Shown: piece by piece, positions 20,494 through 29,222 of the stretch
Layout: every line of letters begins with the position of its first letter
Position numbering within the stretch: position 1 is the stretch's first letter
Origin: a virus
Taxonomy: Duplodnaviria; Caudoviricetes
Virus record (IMG/VR): IMGVR_UViG_3300035491_000180
Span: 1 to 40,556 of that record
Length of the DNA: 40,556 nucleotides
Strand: one strand, 5' to 3'
Translations under genes and position numbers: made by a program
The notes under the pieces: model-generated
Told to the model about the DNA's origin: nothing
What the model saw: the letters and a program-made list of their open reading frames with translations, nothing else
Database searches by the model: none

Positions 20494-21114
20494 TCAGGCA
20501 GCAGGTGGGTTGGTGGTGAGTGACTCGATGACAAGATTCAGTTCATTGATCTTGTTTTGTAGAGTCTGTACTTGATCATTAAGACGAATGATTTTTGCTG
20601 CATCTGTCTCATTGGTCGTAATTGCATTCAACCTGGCTTGTGTCAATGATTCGTGCTGTTCATCACTGACATAGTTCGTGGTGGGTGCCCGTGAAACGAA
20701 TACCTCAGGTGTGATACCTGTCTTGGCTTCCAGGGCACTGATTACCGCTTGTTTGATATCGTCCACACTTCGAAATTCAGGGAACATTCCCAAAGAAGCA
20801 GAAAGGATCATACGGCTATAAGGCACACCACCTTGGTCTGGATAGGATTCGATATAGGTGTCAGGTACATAGATTAATTCACCTGTGGTACTCTTGAGAC
20901 AGATCACCGCAGCCTCAGCATGGTAATCTGCGGAGTACTCTTCGGTACCCAGCCCGACAGGTGCGTACACCATCTGGACAGGGTCTTGACCCCGGCTGAT
21001 AATTTCAGAGAACTTGCGAATCGCTGTAACGGTATAAAACGTGTTCTCTGCTGTCGTAAACGGGGTCCGTAATGTGAAAAGACCAGAGATACCGATCGGT
21101 GGTGTCATCCGCAT
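20494..21114 (-). CDS. Conserved jumbo-phage protein, probable virion component
   Basis: 206 aa, RBS AGGAG; TPPIG..G.F.L..PF and IYVPDTYIESYP motifs; C-terminal coiled coil. Confidence 0.7.
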   Translation of the reverse strand: MRMTPPIGISGLFTLRTPFTTAENTFYTVTAIRKFSEIISRGQDPVQMVYAPVGLGTEEYSADYHAEAAVICLKSTTGELIYVPDTYIESYPDQGGVPYSRMILSASLGMFPEFRSVDDIKQAVISALEAKTGITPEVFVSRAPTTNYVSDEQHESLTQARLNAITTNETDAAKIIRLNDQVQTLQNKINELNLVIESLTTNPPAA

Positions 21115-21156
21115 TGTGACGTCTCCTGAAAAGAAAAAATAAATAATGGAAATAAA

Positions 21157-21187
21157 CCATGACTACCCATATCATGGGTAGTCATGG
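21157..21187 (-). terminator. Hairpin terminator
   Basis: CCATGACTACCCAT-atc-ATGGGTAGTCATGG followed on the minus strand by T-rich tracts. Confidence 0.75.
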
Positions 21188-21196
21188 AATGAGAGG

Positions 21197-21592
21197 TTAA
21201 ACCAGATCGAAACCAGTTACCTTGATGCCACCTGACTTACTGCGAAACTCTCGAGGGAGTAGGGCGACATCATAGATACCTCGTTCCATGTCATCGGCCT
21301 TGATGATACCGATAGCAGACATCTTGCCATAACCGGTAACAGTAGCCAGATAACGACTATGACTTACCTTAGAGATATTGGTGATCTTCAGGCACACTCG
21401 ACTAGGGTCGACGTACGCCGCCCTGTCGAGTTTAGCGCCAGCAAGCATAACCTGCCCCTGTGAGGGAGGTCTACCTGCTTCACAGTACAATCCGGGACCT
21501 CTAGCCAACTCCATCAGATGACGATAATTATCATCCTCTAAGACAATACGGCCATTGGATCCAAGATAGACCTCATACTCGGATTTCTTCAC
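21197..21592 (-). CDS. Degenerate prohead-protease-like (T4 gp21-type fold) protein
   Basis: YCEAGRP, R..YVDPSRVC.KI, LLPRE and TGFDLV echo the GELGHP / ID..RVSH / SSRG / D.V pattern. Confidence 0.45.
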   Translation of the reverse strand: MKKSEYEVYLGSNGRIVLEDDNYRHLMELARGPGLYCEAGRPPSQGQVMLAGAKLDRAAYVDPSRVCLKITNISKVSHSRYLATVTGYGKMSAIGIIKADDMERGIYDVALLPREFRSKSGGIKVTGFDLV

Positions 21593-21600
21593 CTCTCACC

Positions 21601-22368
21601 TCACTTACGGATACCGATGGGTTTGTAGTTGCTGTCATAGCAGATGGGGAATTCGCATACACCGCCATCAGCTTCGACATCTTCAGGATCCAGGCTGGGT
21701 AGGTAGTTACCCAGATCAGCCTTGGGTACTGATTGTCCATTGACATAGCAGTCATCGTCCATGCGCGGGTTGCACCAGACCTCGACGACAGGACCATTCA
21801 CAACCGGGGCAGGTGCCTCTACTTCATTCAGCAGGGCTGCACCGCCTTCCACCCGGTTATCCAGTTCTGCCGCGATTTCTCGTTCAGTCATACCAGAACG
21901 AATGTAGAAGTCCTTGAGGACACGTGCTGCATGGACATATGAGACCTGCTCACCACCAAAACCAGGACCAGTGCCCATCAGATGTGCGACGGGCTGTTCG
22001 TCAGTACTCATCCAGACGTAATAGTGAAGACTCAGCGTCAGATAGCCGTCGAAGGGGATGCCACCCACCTGACGGTTATTGACAAAGCACCGTCCATCAC
22101 GACACTTACCCACAGGGTGGTTGGTGTATTGATACGCCTGCATACGGCGATCATCCCAGTCTTCAATCATCCGACTGACGGACAGCCATGTGCATTTAAA
22201 CATGGTCGATTGCCGGTCACCAGCAAGGCCGGATTTACACGGAATGACTTCAGGAAGACCCTCCGTTGACAGCTCGTCCGGGAAAGCGTGTCCTGGATCG
22301 ATGTAGAAGTAGTTTGCGTGGACGTTGATGCTGAACAGTGCGATGAGTAGTGCGATTGCGTATTTCAT
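21601..22368 (-). CDS. Secreted/periplasmic Cys-rich protein
   Basis: ATG 22368 with GGAGG; signal peptide MKYAIALLIALFSINVHA|N; 8 Cys. Confidence 0.8.
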   Translation of the reverse strand: MKYAIALLIALFSINVHANYFYIDPGHAFPDELSTEGLPEVIPCKSGLAGDRQSTMFKCTWLSVSRMIEDWDDRRMQAYQYTNHPVGKCRDGRCFVNNRQVGGIPFDGYLTLSLHYYVWMSTDEQPVAHLMGTGPGFGGEQVSYVHAARVLKDFYIRSGMTEREIAAELDNRVEGGAALLNEVEAPAPVVNGPVVEVWCNPRMDDDCYVNGQSVPKADLGNYLPSLDPEDVEADGGVCEFPICYDSNYKPIGIRK

Positions 22369-22417
22369 TTTGCGTCCTCCTTGGAAGACATGGGTTTTAT
22401 GAATTGTTAACATGGAT

Positions 22418-22453
22418 CATAGAGAGCCTGGGGCGAACCCCAGGCTCTCTATG
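22418..22453 (-). terminator. Hairpin (UUCG loop on minus strand)
   Basis: CATAGAGAGCCTGGGG-cgaa-CCCCAGGCTCTCTATG, 16-bp perfect stem. Confidence 0.75.
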
Positions 22454-22520
22454 GTGATTAATGATTAAGTTGTTTCTCGATTACCCTGTGAAGTTCAGGG
22501 TTTGGGGTATTTCTTCTTAC

Positions 22521-23507
22521 TCATAACCAACTCCTTGTAGTGAGTGCCCACCAGATCATCTTCAGACGTTCACCAAACGTAGGTTTGGTAAAGGGATTCT
22601 GAACGAATGTATTCCGGTAGACGTTGTTGGGGACAGAGAAAGCTGCAGAATTGCGATGACCACCGCCACCAAATTTCTCAGCGATTACCGATACGTCATG
22701 ATTGGAATGATCAGAACTCCGCAGACTGAACACGGTTTTATCTTCGCGTTGGTTGTAGCAGACAACCACATCGAACAGCTCGAGAAGATAATCAGCCATC
22801 TCGTTACGCAGGTGATGAGGTCCATTGACTAAGACATAGTCCATTTCGCCGAGCGTACCGATCTGCGCATAACCCCGTGCTACCGAGCGCATCAGTTGTT
22901 GATCGTACTCCAGCAGGACGTTGCCTGTTACGTATACCTCATGCTTGAAATCATCGCCACTGATGCCATCGCTCAGTCCTTCCAGCGTACGTCCCTTGAC
23001 ATTAATCCAGGCATTGATAGCTTTCGTTTCAGGAAGCTCATGGCGCCACAGATCATAGTCGTTAATGTAACGCAACCATGTCGGGATATGTTCCACCCAG
23101 TTTGGAGACGTCAGCATGTTGTTAAAGAACCCCCAGGTCAGCACAGCACCTGAATGATTGCTATCCAATTCTGCCCAGATACCACCCATCTCACGATCTA
23201 CCAAGTACTGATGGTAGTTAGCCACACGATTGACACTGGTCAGTTTCTTGATGGCTGAAGCATGGTGATCAATGATTAACACTGATTCAACATCCAATGG
23301 ATACACGTCGTGCAGTTGTTCTGGGGTCAGAGACAGATCCACTAAAATGAGATGTTTGCCGACCACTTCTGACGGGATATCCTCACCGTACTGATACGGA
23401 AGAAACTCAGTGTCTTCTGGCAGGAATTGTCGCGCCACCAGTGCAGAAGCGATGCCGTCATTGCAGCCTCGATGATACAGTACAACTGTTCCAACTGGAG
23501 ATTCCAT
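22521..23507 (-). CDS. DHH/DHHA1 family phosphoesterase
   Basis: YH..C.DG, VDLS, IDHH, DYDLW, SLRS and GGGGH..SAAF motifs. Confidence 0.9.
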   Translation of the reverse strand: MESPVGTVVLYHRGCNDGIASALVARQFLPEDTEFLPYQYGEDIPSEVVGKHLILVDLSLTPEQLHDVYPLDVESVLIIDHHASAIKKLTSVNRVANYHQYLVDREMGGIWAELDSNHSGAVLTWGFFNNMLTSPNWVEHIPTWLRYINDYDLWRHELPETKAINAWINVKGRTLEGLSDGISGDDFKHEVYVTGNVLLEYDQQLMRSVARGYAQIGTLGEMDYVLVNGPHHLRNEMADYLLELFDVVVCYNQREDKTVFSLRSSDHSNHDVSVIAEKFGGGGHRNSAAFSVPNNVYRNTFVQNPFTKPTFGERLKMIWWALTTRSWL

Positions 23508-23517
23508 AACGATTCCT

Positions 23518-23751
23518 TTATACTTTAGCGAGGGTTAACCCCCTCTGGTGCATGTACTTACCTAAATTGGCATGTTTACCGGAACGAAGATCCTTCTGAT
23601 GTTCTATCACCCGTCGGTATAGATGTCCAGTCGATCCATGATAAACACTTCCACTATCGATGTGTTCGATCGTGTAAGCTCCAACTTTCTGTTCAGTTGT
23701 GGATATTTCAACGTCCATTTGAAATATCTTAGGTTTCTGCGGTCTAGCCAT
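23518..23751 (-). pseudogene. Truncated GIY-YIG homing endonuclease
   Basis: GAY..., YHGST..L.RR..EH...L..GKH.N, then a stop before the conserved Glu/Asn motifs; 77 aa with GAGGT RBS. Confidence 0.7.
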
Positions 23752-23761
23752 ACACACCTCA

Positions 23762-24334
23762 TCAAATTCTAGGGATTACCGGACCAGCCTCCTGATTCTG
23801 ATATTTGCCAGAACGAGAAGCATATGAGGTTCTACAGGTCATTCCTTCAAAGAACAACACTTGACACGAACCTTCGCCAGCATAAAGCATCGCCGGCAAC
23901 GGAGTGGTATTAGCGAATTCCAGTGTTACATACCCTTCCCAGCCCGGCTCTAGAGGTGTCGCCAGACATGAGATACCACAGCGGGCATATGTAGATTTAC
24001 CAAGAACGATACCGACGAGATTGTCTGGCATCGAAATCTTTTCAGCACTACTAGCCAGGACAAACGAATTCGGAGGAATGATACAAACATCCCCTTCGAA
24101 GTCTACGAACGACTTATCAGAAAAGTTCTTAGGATCAATGATACTGTTGTTCACGTTGGTAAAGATCTTAAACTTATTACCGACTCGTAGGTCGTACCCG
24201 TAACTGGACAGACCGTAACTTACGATTTTATCGCCTGAATCGGTGACTCGCACCTGATTAACATTGAACGGATTAATGAGGGGCTTGTCGGTATTGCACA
24301 GTGCGTGGATCTGATGATCAGCCAAGACAGTCAT
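23762..24334 (-). CDS. dcd: dCTP deaminase (intact)
   Basis: [34 protein letters not shown] (catalytic Glu) and C-terminal SY..R.GKYQNQ. Confidence 0.95.
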   Translation of the reverse strand: MTVLADHQIHALCNTDKPLINPFNVNQVRVTDSGDKIVSYGLSSYGYDLRVGNKFKIFTNVNNSIIDPKNFSDKSFVDFEGDVCIIPPNSFVLASSAEKISMPDNLVGIVLGKSTYARCGISCLATPLEPGWEGYVTLEFANTTPLPAMLYAGEGSCQVLFFEGMTCRTSYASRSGKYQNQEAGPVIPRI

Positions 24335-24355
24335 TTTATTCTCCAGTTGAGTTGG

Positions 24356-25090
24356 TTATTTTGAAATGAGGGTAAACAAGAATGAGGCTATACCTTCTTC
24401 CAAATACACCCTGATATGTTTATCCGATGGGTTGGTTATTTGGATCAATACATTTCCTTCAAATTCAGGTTCGATGGGAGTCACGTTACAAATCAGCGCA
24501 GAACGCGCGTAGGTGCTCTTTCCGAGGACAATCACCAGGATATCACGGGGAATGTGAAAATACTCCATGGTGGGCGCCTGGATGTAGCTGTGAGCCGGGA
24601 TCATGACATACTTCGCACCATCGTCATCAGTTCGAATAGATGGCACTGCGAAATTCTCGCCTTTGATCCGTTTGGGGTCGATCTCACTGACGAGAACATT
24701 GGAGAAAACCTTGATCTGATCGGGATCGGCTTTCAAGCGGACATCATAGCCGTAGGACGATGTACCGAACGAGATCACTTTACGGGTATTCTCATCGGAC
24801 ATCGTCTTGGGTTCACCTGTGGACTTGCAGACATAACGCACAGGTGAATCGTAGAACGGAAAGATCATCGGTTTCCATTCTGAGACATCCTCGACTGAGA
24901 CTGGCATCGCATACGGCTTGTTGCCGTAGATATCACGGTTATTCTCAGAACACCAGTTGTCAATGAGTCGTTGTTCTTCGTCGTTAAACGGAGGCGCAAT
25001 CAAACGACATGAGATTTCCATGCGATCATGGACCCGGTGCGTAGGTCGAGTACACTGATGAATAATCCAATTATCACTTTTAACGGACAT
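24356..25090 (-). CDS. dCTP deaminase paralog, probably catalytically dead
   Basis: SFGTSSYGYDVR and GKSTYARS present, but EPEFEGNVLIQ has Q in place of E; no GKYQ tail; N-terminal insertion of about 60-70 aa. Confidence 0.85.
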   Translation of the reverse strand: MSVKSDNWIIHQCTRPTHRVHDRMEISCRLIAPPFNDEEQRLIDNWCSENNRDIYGNKPYAMPVSVEDVSEWKPMIFPFYDSPVRYVCKSTGEPKTMSDENTRKVISFGTSSYGYDVRLKADPDQIKVFSNVLVSEIDPKRIKGENFAVPSIRTDDDGAKYVMIPAHSYIQAPTMEYFHIPRDILVIVLGKSTYARSALICNVTPIEPEFEGNVLIQITNPSDKHIRVYLEEGIASFLFTLISK

Positions 25091-25397
25091 CTTGCTTTCC
25101 TCTGTTCAACCAAGACATCTGTCGTGCCCCGATTTTGTTCAAACGTGACTGTATTGTTTTCATTTCCCTTGCCAAAGACTTGCCGTAAAACGCGATCAGG
25201 AAGAAACTACGTTCTGCCAAGATACGACCTGCATACCGGTGGACATTATTGGAAAACGCACCGACTCTGGCGGATGCTTCAGCATAATCAGTGAAGTCAA
25301 ACAGATTATCGATCTGGTTAGCTTCTTTGATGAGTGCATCGTAGCGATCCTTCAACTCAGCACGCTTAGCTTTTGTTTTCGCGAAGAACATTTCCAT
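25080..25397 (-). CDS. Hypothetical helical protein
   Basis: 105 aa, AGAGGG RBS, overlaps both neighbours. Confidence 0.7.
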   Translation of the reverse strand: MEMFFAKTKAKRAELKDRYDALIKEANQIDNLFDFTDYAEASARVGAFSNNVHRYAGRILAERSFFLIAFYGKSLAREMKTIQSRLNKIGARQMSWLNRGKQDVR

Positions 25398-25752
25398 CCC
25401 TCTTTAACTGATCCATGTAAAAACCAATCCGTTTAATGAGAATCCCCCATTCACGAATCAGTTTATTGTGCTCGTGAACACGATCATTCACTAGGAAAGT
25501 GAATTCCAACCAATTGAACGCCATGTATTTCATTCTGTAGGATTCACATGACTGCATGTAATCAATCGCGAGCTGAGTCAATTGACTGCGAAGGCGGGTA
25601 AGTGTTTCTGGCAGCAATTCGTAGGTTCCGTTAAACGAATTCTCCACTACCTTATTGATCTCACGAGCCTGTGAAGCTATATGGTGTAATTTATCGAACT
25701 CTTCCATGAGCTCGGTCTTACGCTGCTTGAGCCGCCTAAAATAACCTAACAT
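25366..25752 (-). CDS. Hypothetical helical protein
   Basis: 128 aa in a tightly packed operon. Confidence 0.7.
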   Translation of the reverse strand: MLGYFRRLKQRKTELMEEFDKLHHIASQAREINKVVENSFNGTYELLPETLTRLRSQLTQLAIDYMQSCESYRMKYMAFNWLEFTFLVNDRVHEHNKLIREWGILIKRIGFYMDQLKRDGNVLRENKS

Positions 25753-25756
25753 GGGT

Positions 25757-26191
25757 TCACCATCTGAATGCTGACGACCTCATTCCCAGCCGTTCACGCA
25801 AAACTTTCAAGTCTTCGATATCGCGAAGACGGGAGAGGGGGTCTCGATCTGGATTATTGATCAAATCCTGCTTCTGTTTGATCAGTTTCTCGATGGCGTA
25901 TCGAGTAATGCCGTCTTTCGTCTCGATCGCTGTAGCATTGGGATCCAGTACATGGAATGAAACCAGGTCATTATAGTTGATGACCACGATATCACCGAAA
26001 TACTCGATGTTATCGTCTGTCTTGTATTTGTCAAAGATCTCCTGAGTGACATCGAGGTCGAGATCATTGGTTTCTTCACGAATACCTAACATCACCATAG
26101 CCGCACCACCAGTGACTATGACGTCTCTGTGATCTACACCGAGTTCTTTTACAACGCCGTGATAAAGTGCACGGATATCTTCCAGTTTCAT
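25757..26191 (-). CDS. Minimal nucleotidyltransferase-fold protein
   Basis: IVTGGAAMVMLGIREETNDLDL matches the GG.A...G.R.T.DxD Pol-beta-superfamily signature. Confidence 0.75.
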   Translation of the reverse strand: MKLEDIRALYHGVVKELGVDHRDVIVTGGAAMVMLGIREETNDLDLDVTQEIFDKYKTDDNIEYFGDIVVINYNDLVSFHVLDPNATAIETKDGITRYAIEKLIKQKQDLINNPDRDPLSRLRDIEDLKVLRERLGMRSSAFRW

Positions 26192-26508
26192 GGTTCCATT
26201 ACCTTGGTTAACTTGTTCAACGTGGCGCGTACGTTGGTTGACAGGGTCAGACGTGTCACCTGCGTACCCAGATTCATTTTTACAGCCCGGTTCCTAGCTA
26301 AGGACCGTATCTTGTTTTCCACTTTCGTGAACTCACCACTCTCTTTGAGCTCATGAAAATAGTTTCCGACAAAGTAGACCTGAATGACTCCTGTCCGTTG
26401 TCCTTGTTCGTTGCGTACTACACAGCACCCCATGTTGCGAAATCCAGGCAGTGGAGTCAGACTCACAGTCATCCTTTCATCTACCTGGTGTACGGTCACA
26501 GCGTCCAT
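26188..26508 (-). CDS. Hypothetical protein, first gene of the operon
   Basis: 106 aa, RBS AAGGGG, ATGA overlap with the next gene. Confidence 0.75.
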   Translation of the reverse strand: MDAVTVHQVDERMTVSLTPLPGFRNMGCCVVRNEQGQRTGVIQVYFVGNYFHELKESGEFTKVENKIRSLARNRAVKMNLGTQVTRLTLSTNVRATLNKLTKVMEP

Positions 26509-26570
26509 AGTTCCCCTTATTTATCCATAGGGCGTGAACGATTGTTATATTTTAACAGCCTATTCACGCC

Positions 26571-26598
26571 GATAATGTATTGTCATATAAGACTCGAA
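26571..26598 (-). promoter_or_regulatory. Putative phage-RNAP promoter, copy 2
   Basis: TTCGAGTC-N8-CAATACATTATC with upstream AAAAATAAATAA. Confidence 0.7.
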
Positions 26599-26691
26599 TT
26601 TACTTATTTATTTTTGAGACGGTAATCTATGCGAAGAGGACGAAGGTAGTCCTAGGGAAATCACAGATCCACCAGGAAACTAGGTAAGTTC

Positions 26692-29172
26692 ATGATTAAA
26701 GAGTTCATCAAACGCGATGGTCGAATTGTACCGTTCGATGCAGCGAAGGCAGCGGGTTGGGGTAAATGGAGTGCTCGCGGTTTTGCTCGTTATATCGATT
26801 GGAACAAGATCGTCATCCAGACTGTATCGCAAATGCCTGATCGATGCCACGCGGCTGAATTCAACGCTGGTCTGATCCGCAACGCGCTCAATGAAGATAC
26901 CTGGGCTGGTCAGCTCATGGCGGGTCGTATCTACGCTGCTGACATCCACAAAGAAGTATTCGGCGGTAAGAAACACAAGACCCTCAAGGAAGTGCATGAT
27001 ATCATGCAAGCGGCTGGGGTCATGGTCAAACTCAACTACACTGACGAGGAATACGCTCAGATTGAACAATGGGTGGATCACGAGCGTGACTTCCACTGTG
27101 CGCATTACCAACTCAAGCAAGGTCGTGACAAATACGCTCTGCGTAACCGTCTGACTGGCCGTATCTACGAGACACGTCAACATGCCCTGGCTCGGGTAGC
27201 GATGGTGATGTGTGAGCGTGATGATCCGCTCCTGCGTATGGATCGTTTGAAATCGATCTATGCTGATCTCTACGAAGAGCGGCTGTCGGCACCGACACCG
27301 AACCACAATAACTTCGGTACCGGTCACAATGGTCTGTTCTCCTGTTGTCTGTTTGCTGCGGGCGATACCCGTGAGTCCATCGCAGCTTCTACCCACATTG
27401 CTGAAGTCATGACCTACATGTCAGCAGGCCTGGGTGAGAACATGATGATCCGTTCTCTTGGTGATCCTATCCGTGGCGGGGCTATCCTCCACAGTGGTAA
27501 GCCACCGTACTACAACAAACAGACTGGTGTGGTCAAGTCGAACAAGCAAGGATCTCGTGGCGGTAGTTTGAACGAGTTCTACTCGGCGTATGATCCTGAA
27601 GTCAAGAGCATCATGGTTCTGAAGAACCCACGTACGCCGATTAACAAGCGTAACCGCAACATCGACTACGCGATGATGATAAACCGTTGGTTGTTGGACA
27701 AATCGGCCAAGGGCGAGGACATCTTCCTGTTCAACTGCTACACGGCCCCTGACCTGTACGCAGCCATGTACGGTAAGGATATCGGTGAGTTCGGTCGTCT
27801 GTACGAGAAGTACGAGCAAGACGACTCATTCAAGAAGACCTGGGTATCTGCTCGCGAACTGGTGGTCAATGCACGGTCTGAAGGATTCGAGACCGGTCGT
27901 TTCTACCTGGCGATGATCGACGAGATCAACTATCACACACCACATCGCGATCCGATCCTGTCGTCCAACCTCTGCATGGAGATCACTCAGCCGACATGGT
28001 ATTACGATCATATTCGTGAACTGTACAGTGAGAAGACGCTGGGCTTTGTCAAGTTCCAGGAAGAGGGTGGTGAAGAAGTCTATCTTGACTCCAACCAAGC
28101 TATCTACATCAAGGGGATCACTGGTAAGGTGGCTGCACTCGAACTCAAGGCAGGTGTCGAGTACCGTCTGTCCAGTTCTGATAACTGGAAGAAGGTAGAG
28201 GTCATTACTGAAAGTCGTCGTGAACCCGAAGTCAGTCTGTGTGCGCTGGCTGCGATCATTCCGACCAACATCCACAGTGAAGAGCAGTACGCTGAGACGG
28301 CCTACAACGCGCTGTACATGATCGATTATTGTATCGACATGAACGACTACGCTTTGCCGCACATGAAGCTCACAGCGCAAGCCAGACGCAATGCTGGCGT
28401 GGGTCTGATGGATGTAGCGCACTACATGGCTCAACGCAAGCTGAGTTATAACTCTATTGAAGGTAAGATGGAGCTGCATCGTCTGGCTGAACGACATGCC
28501 TATCACCTCATCCAGGCTTCTATTCGTCTGGCCAAAGAGCGTGGTTGTGCAGAGTGGATCCACAAGACCAATTGGCCGCGCGGTTGGACTCCTCAGACCA
28601 CTTATCAGCGTAATGTTGATAGCCTGGCACCATTCATCAACGTGTATGACTGGGATCAAGTATCGAAGGATCTGATTGAGGTTGGTGGCGGTCGTTTCAG
28701 TTCTCTGATCGCTCACATGCCGGGTGAGTCGTCATCCAAGTATTCAGCTGCCAGTAACAGCCTGATGGACCTGCGTGAACTATCGATCATCAAAACCGAT
28801 GGCGATAACACTATCTACTGGGTTGCACCTGAAGCCGATACCCTGAAGGAATGGTATTCCATCGCATGGAATCGTACTCGTTTCGAACACACTGAAACGT
28901 ATGCGATCTTCCAGAAATGGGCCGATCAATCCATCAGTGCTGATGACTACGCTACATTGAAGAGCGATGAGAAGATCAGTTCCAGTCAGTTGATCGAAGA
29001 GACCAACTACATGGCGCATCTGGGTCGTAAGACATTGTACTACACCAATTCAGATACTGCTGACAAAGAAGCACTGAAGACTGTAATGACGCGCGTGCGT
29101 CGAGAAGTCGCTGAAGATGACGGCCTCGATCTCTCCGGACCAGTTTGCACCAGTGGTGGTTGTTCCATCTAA
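26692..29172 (+). CDS. nrdA: Ribonucleotide reductase class I alpha subunit
   Basis: IKRDG (ATP-cone start), PTP, SCCL, SNLCMEI, SLCAL, GVGLM, MPGESSS, DQSIS, TLYY and C-terminal CxxxxC. Confidence 0.95.
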   Translation: MIKEFIKRDGRIVPFDAAKAAGWGKWSARGFARYIDWNKIVIQTVSQMPDRCHAAEFNAGLIRNALNEDTWAGQLMAGRIYAADIHKEVFGGKKHKTLKEVHDIMQAAGVMVKLNYTDEEYAQIEQWVDHERDFHCAHYQLKQGRDKYALRNRLTGRIYETRQHALARVAMVMCERDDPLLRMDRLKSIYADLYEERLSAPTPNHNNFGTGHNGLFSCCLFAAGDTRESIAASTHIAEVMTYMSAGLGENMMIRSLGDPIRGGAILHSGKPPYYNKQTGVVKSNKQGSRGGSLNEFYSAYDPEVKSIMVLKNPRTPINKRNRNIDYAMMINRWLLDKSAKGEDIFLFNCYTAPDLYAAMYGKDIGEFGRLYEKYEQDDSFKKTWVSARELVVNARSEGFETGRFYLAMIDEINYHTPHRDPILSSNLCMEITQPTWYYDHIRELYSEKTLGFVKFQEEGGEEVYLDSNQAIYIKGITGKVAALELKAGVEYRLSSSDNWKKVEVITESRREPEVSLCALAAIIPTNIHSEEQYAETAYNALYMIDYCIDMNDYALPHMKLTAQARRNAGVGLMDVAHYMAQRKLSYNSIEGKMELHRLAERHAYHLIQASIRLAKERGCAEWIHKTNWPRGWTPQTTYQRNVDSLAPFINVYDWDQVSKDLIEVGGGRFSSLIAHMPGESSSKYSAASNSLMDLRELSIIKTDGDNTIYWVAPEADTLKEWYSIAWNRTRFEHTETYAIFQKWADQSISADDYATLKSDEKISSSQLIEETNYMAHLGRKTLYYTNSDTADKEALKTVMTRVRREVAEDDGLDLSGPVCTSGGCSI

Positions 29173-29222
29173 TTCATTAATCAGGGGTGGGTAACACCAC
29201 CCCATTGAGAGAGCTCATTCGC

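Noticed and set aside
24335-24400. Frameshift or readthrough restoring the tail of the long dcd, or fusing both dcd genes
   Set aside because: The 21-nt spacer holds only the RBS of the next gene; no GKYQ-like sequence in any frame and no slippery site recognised.
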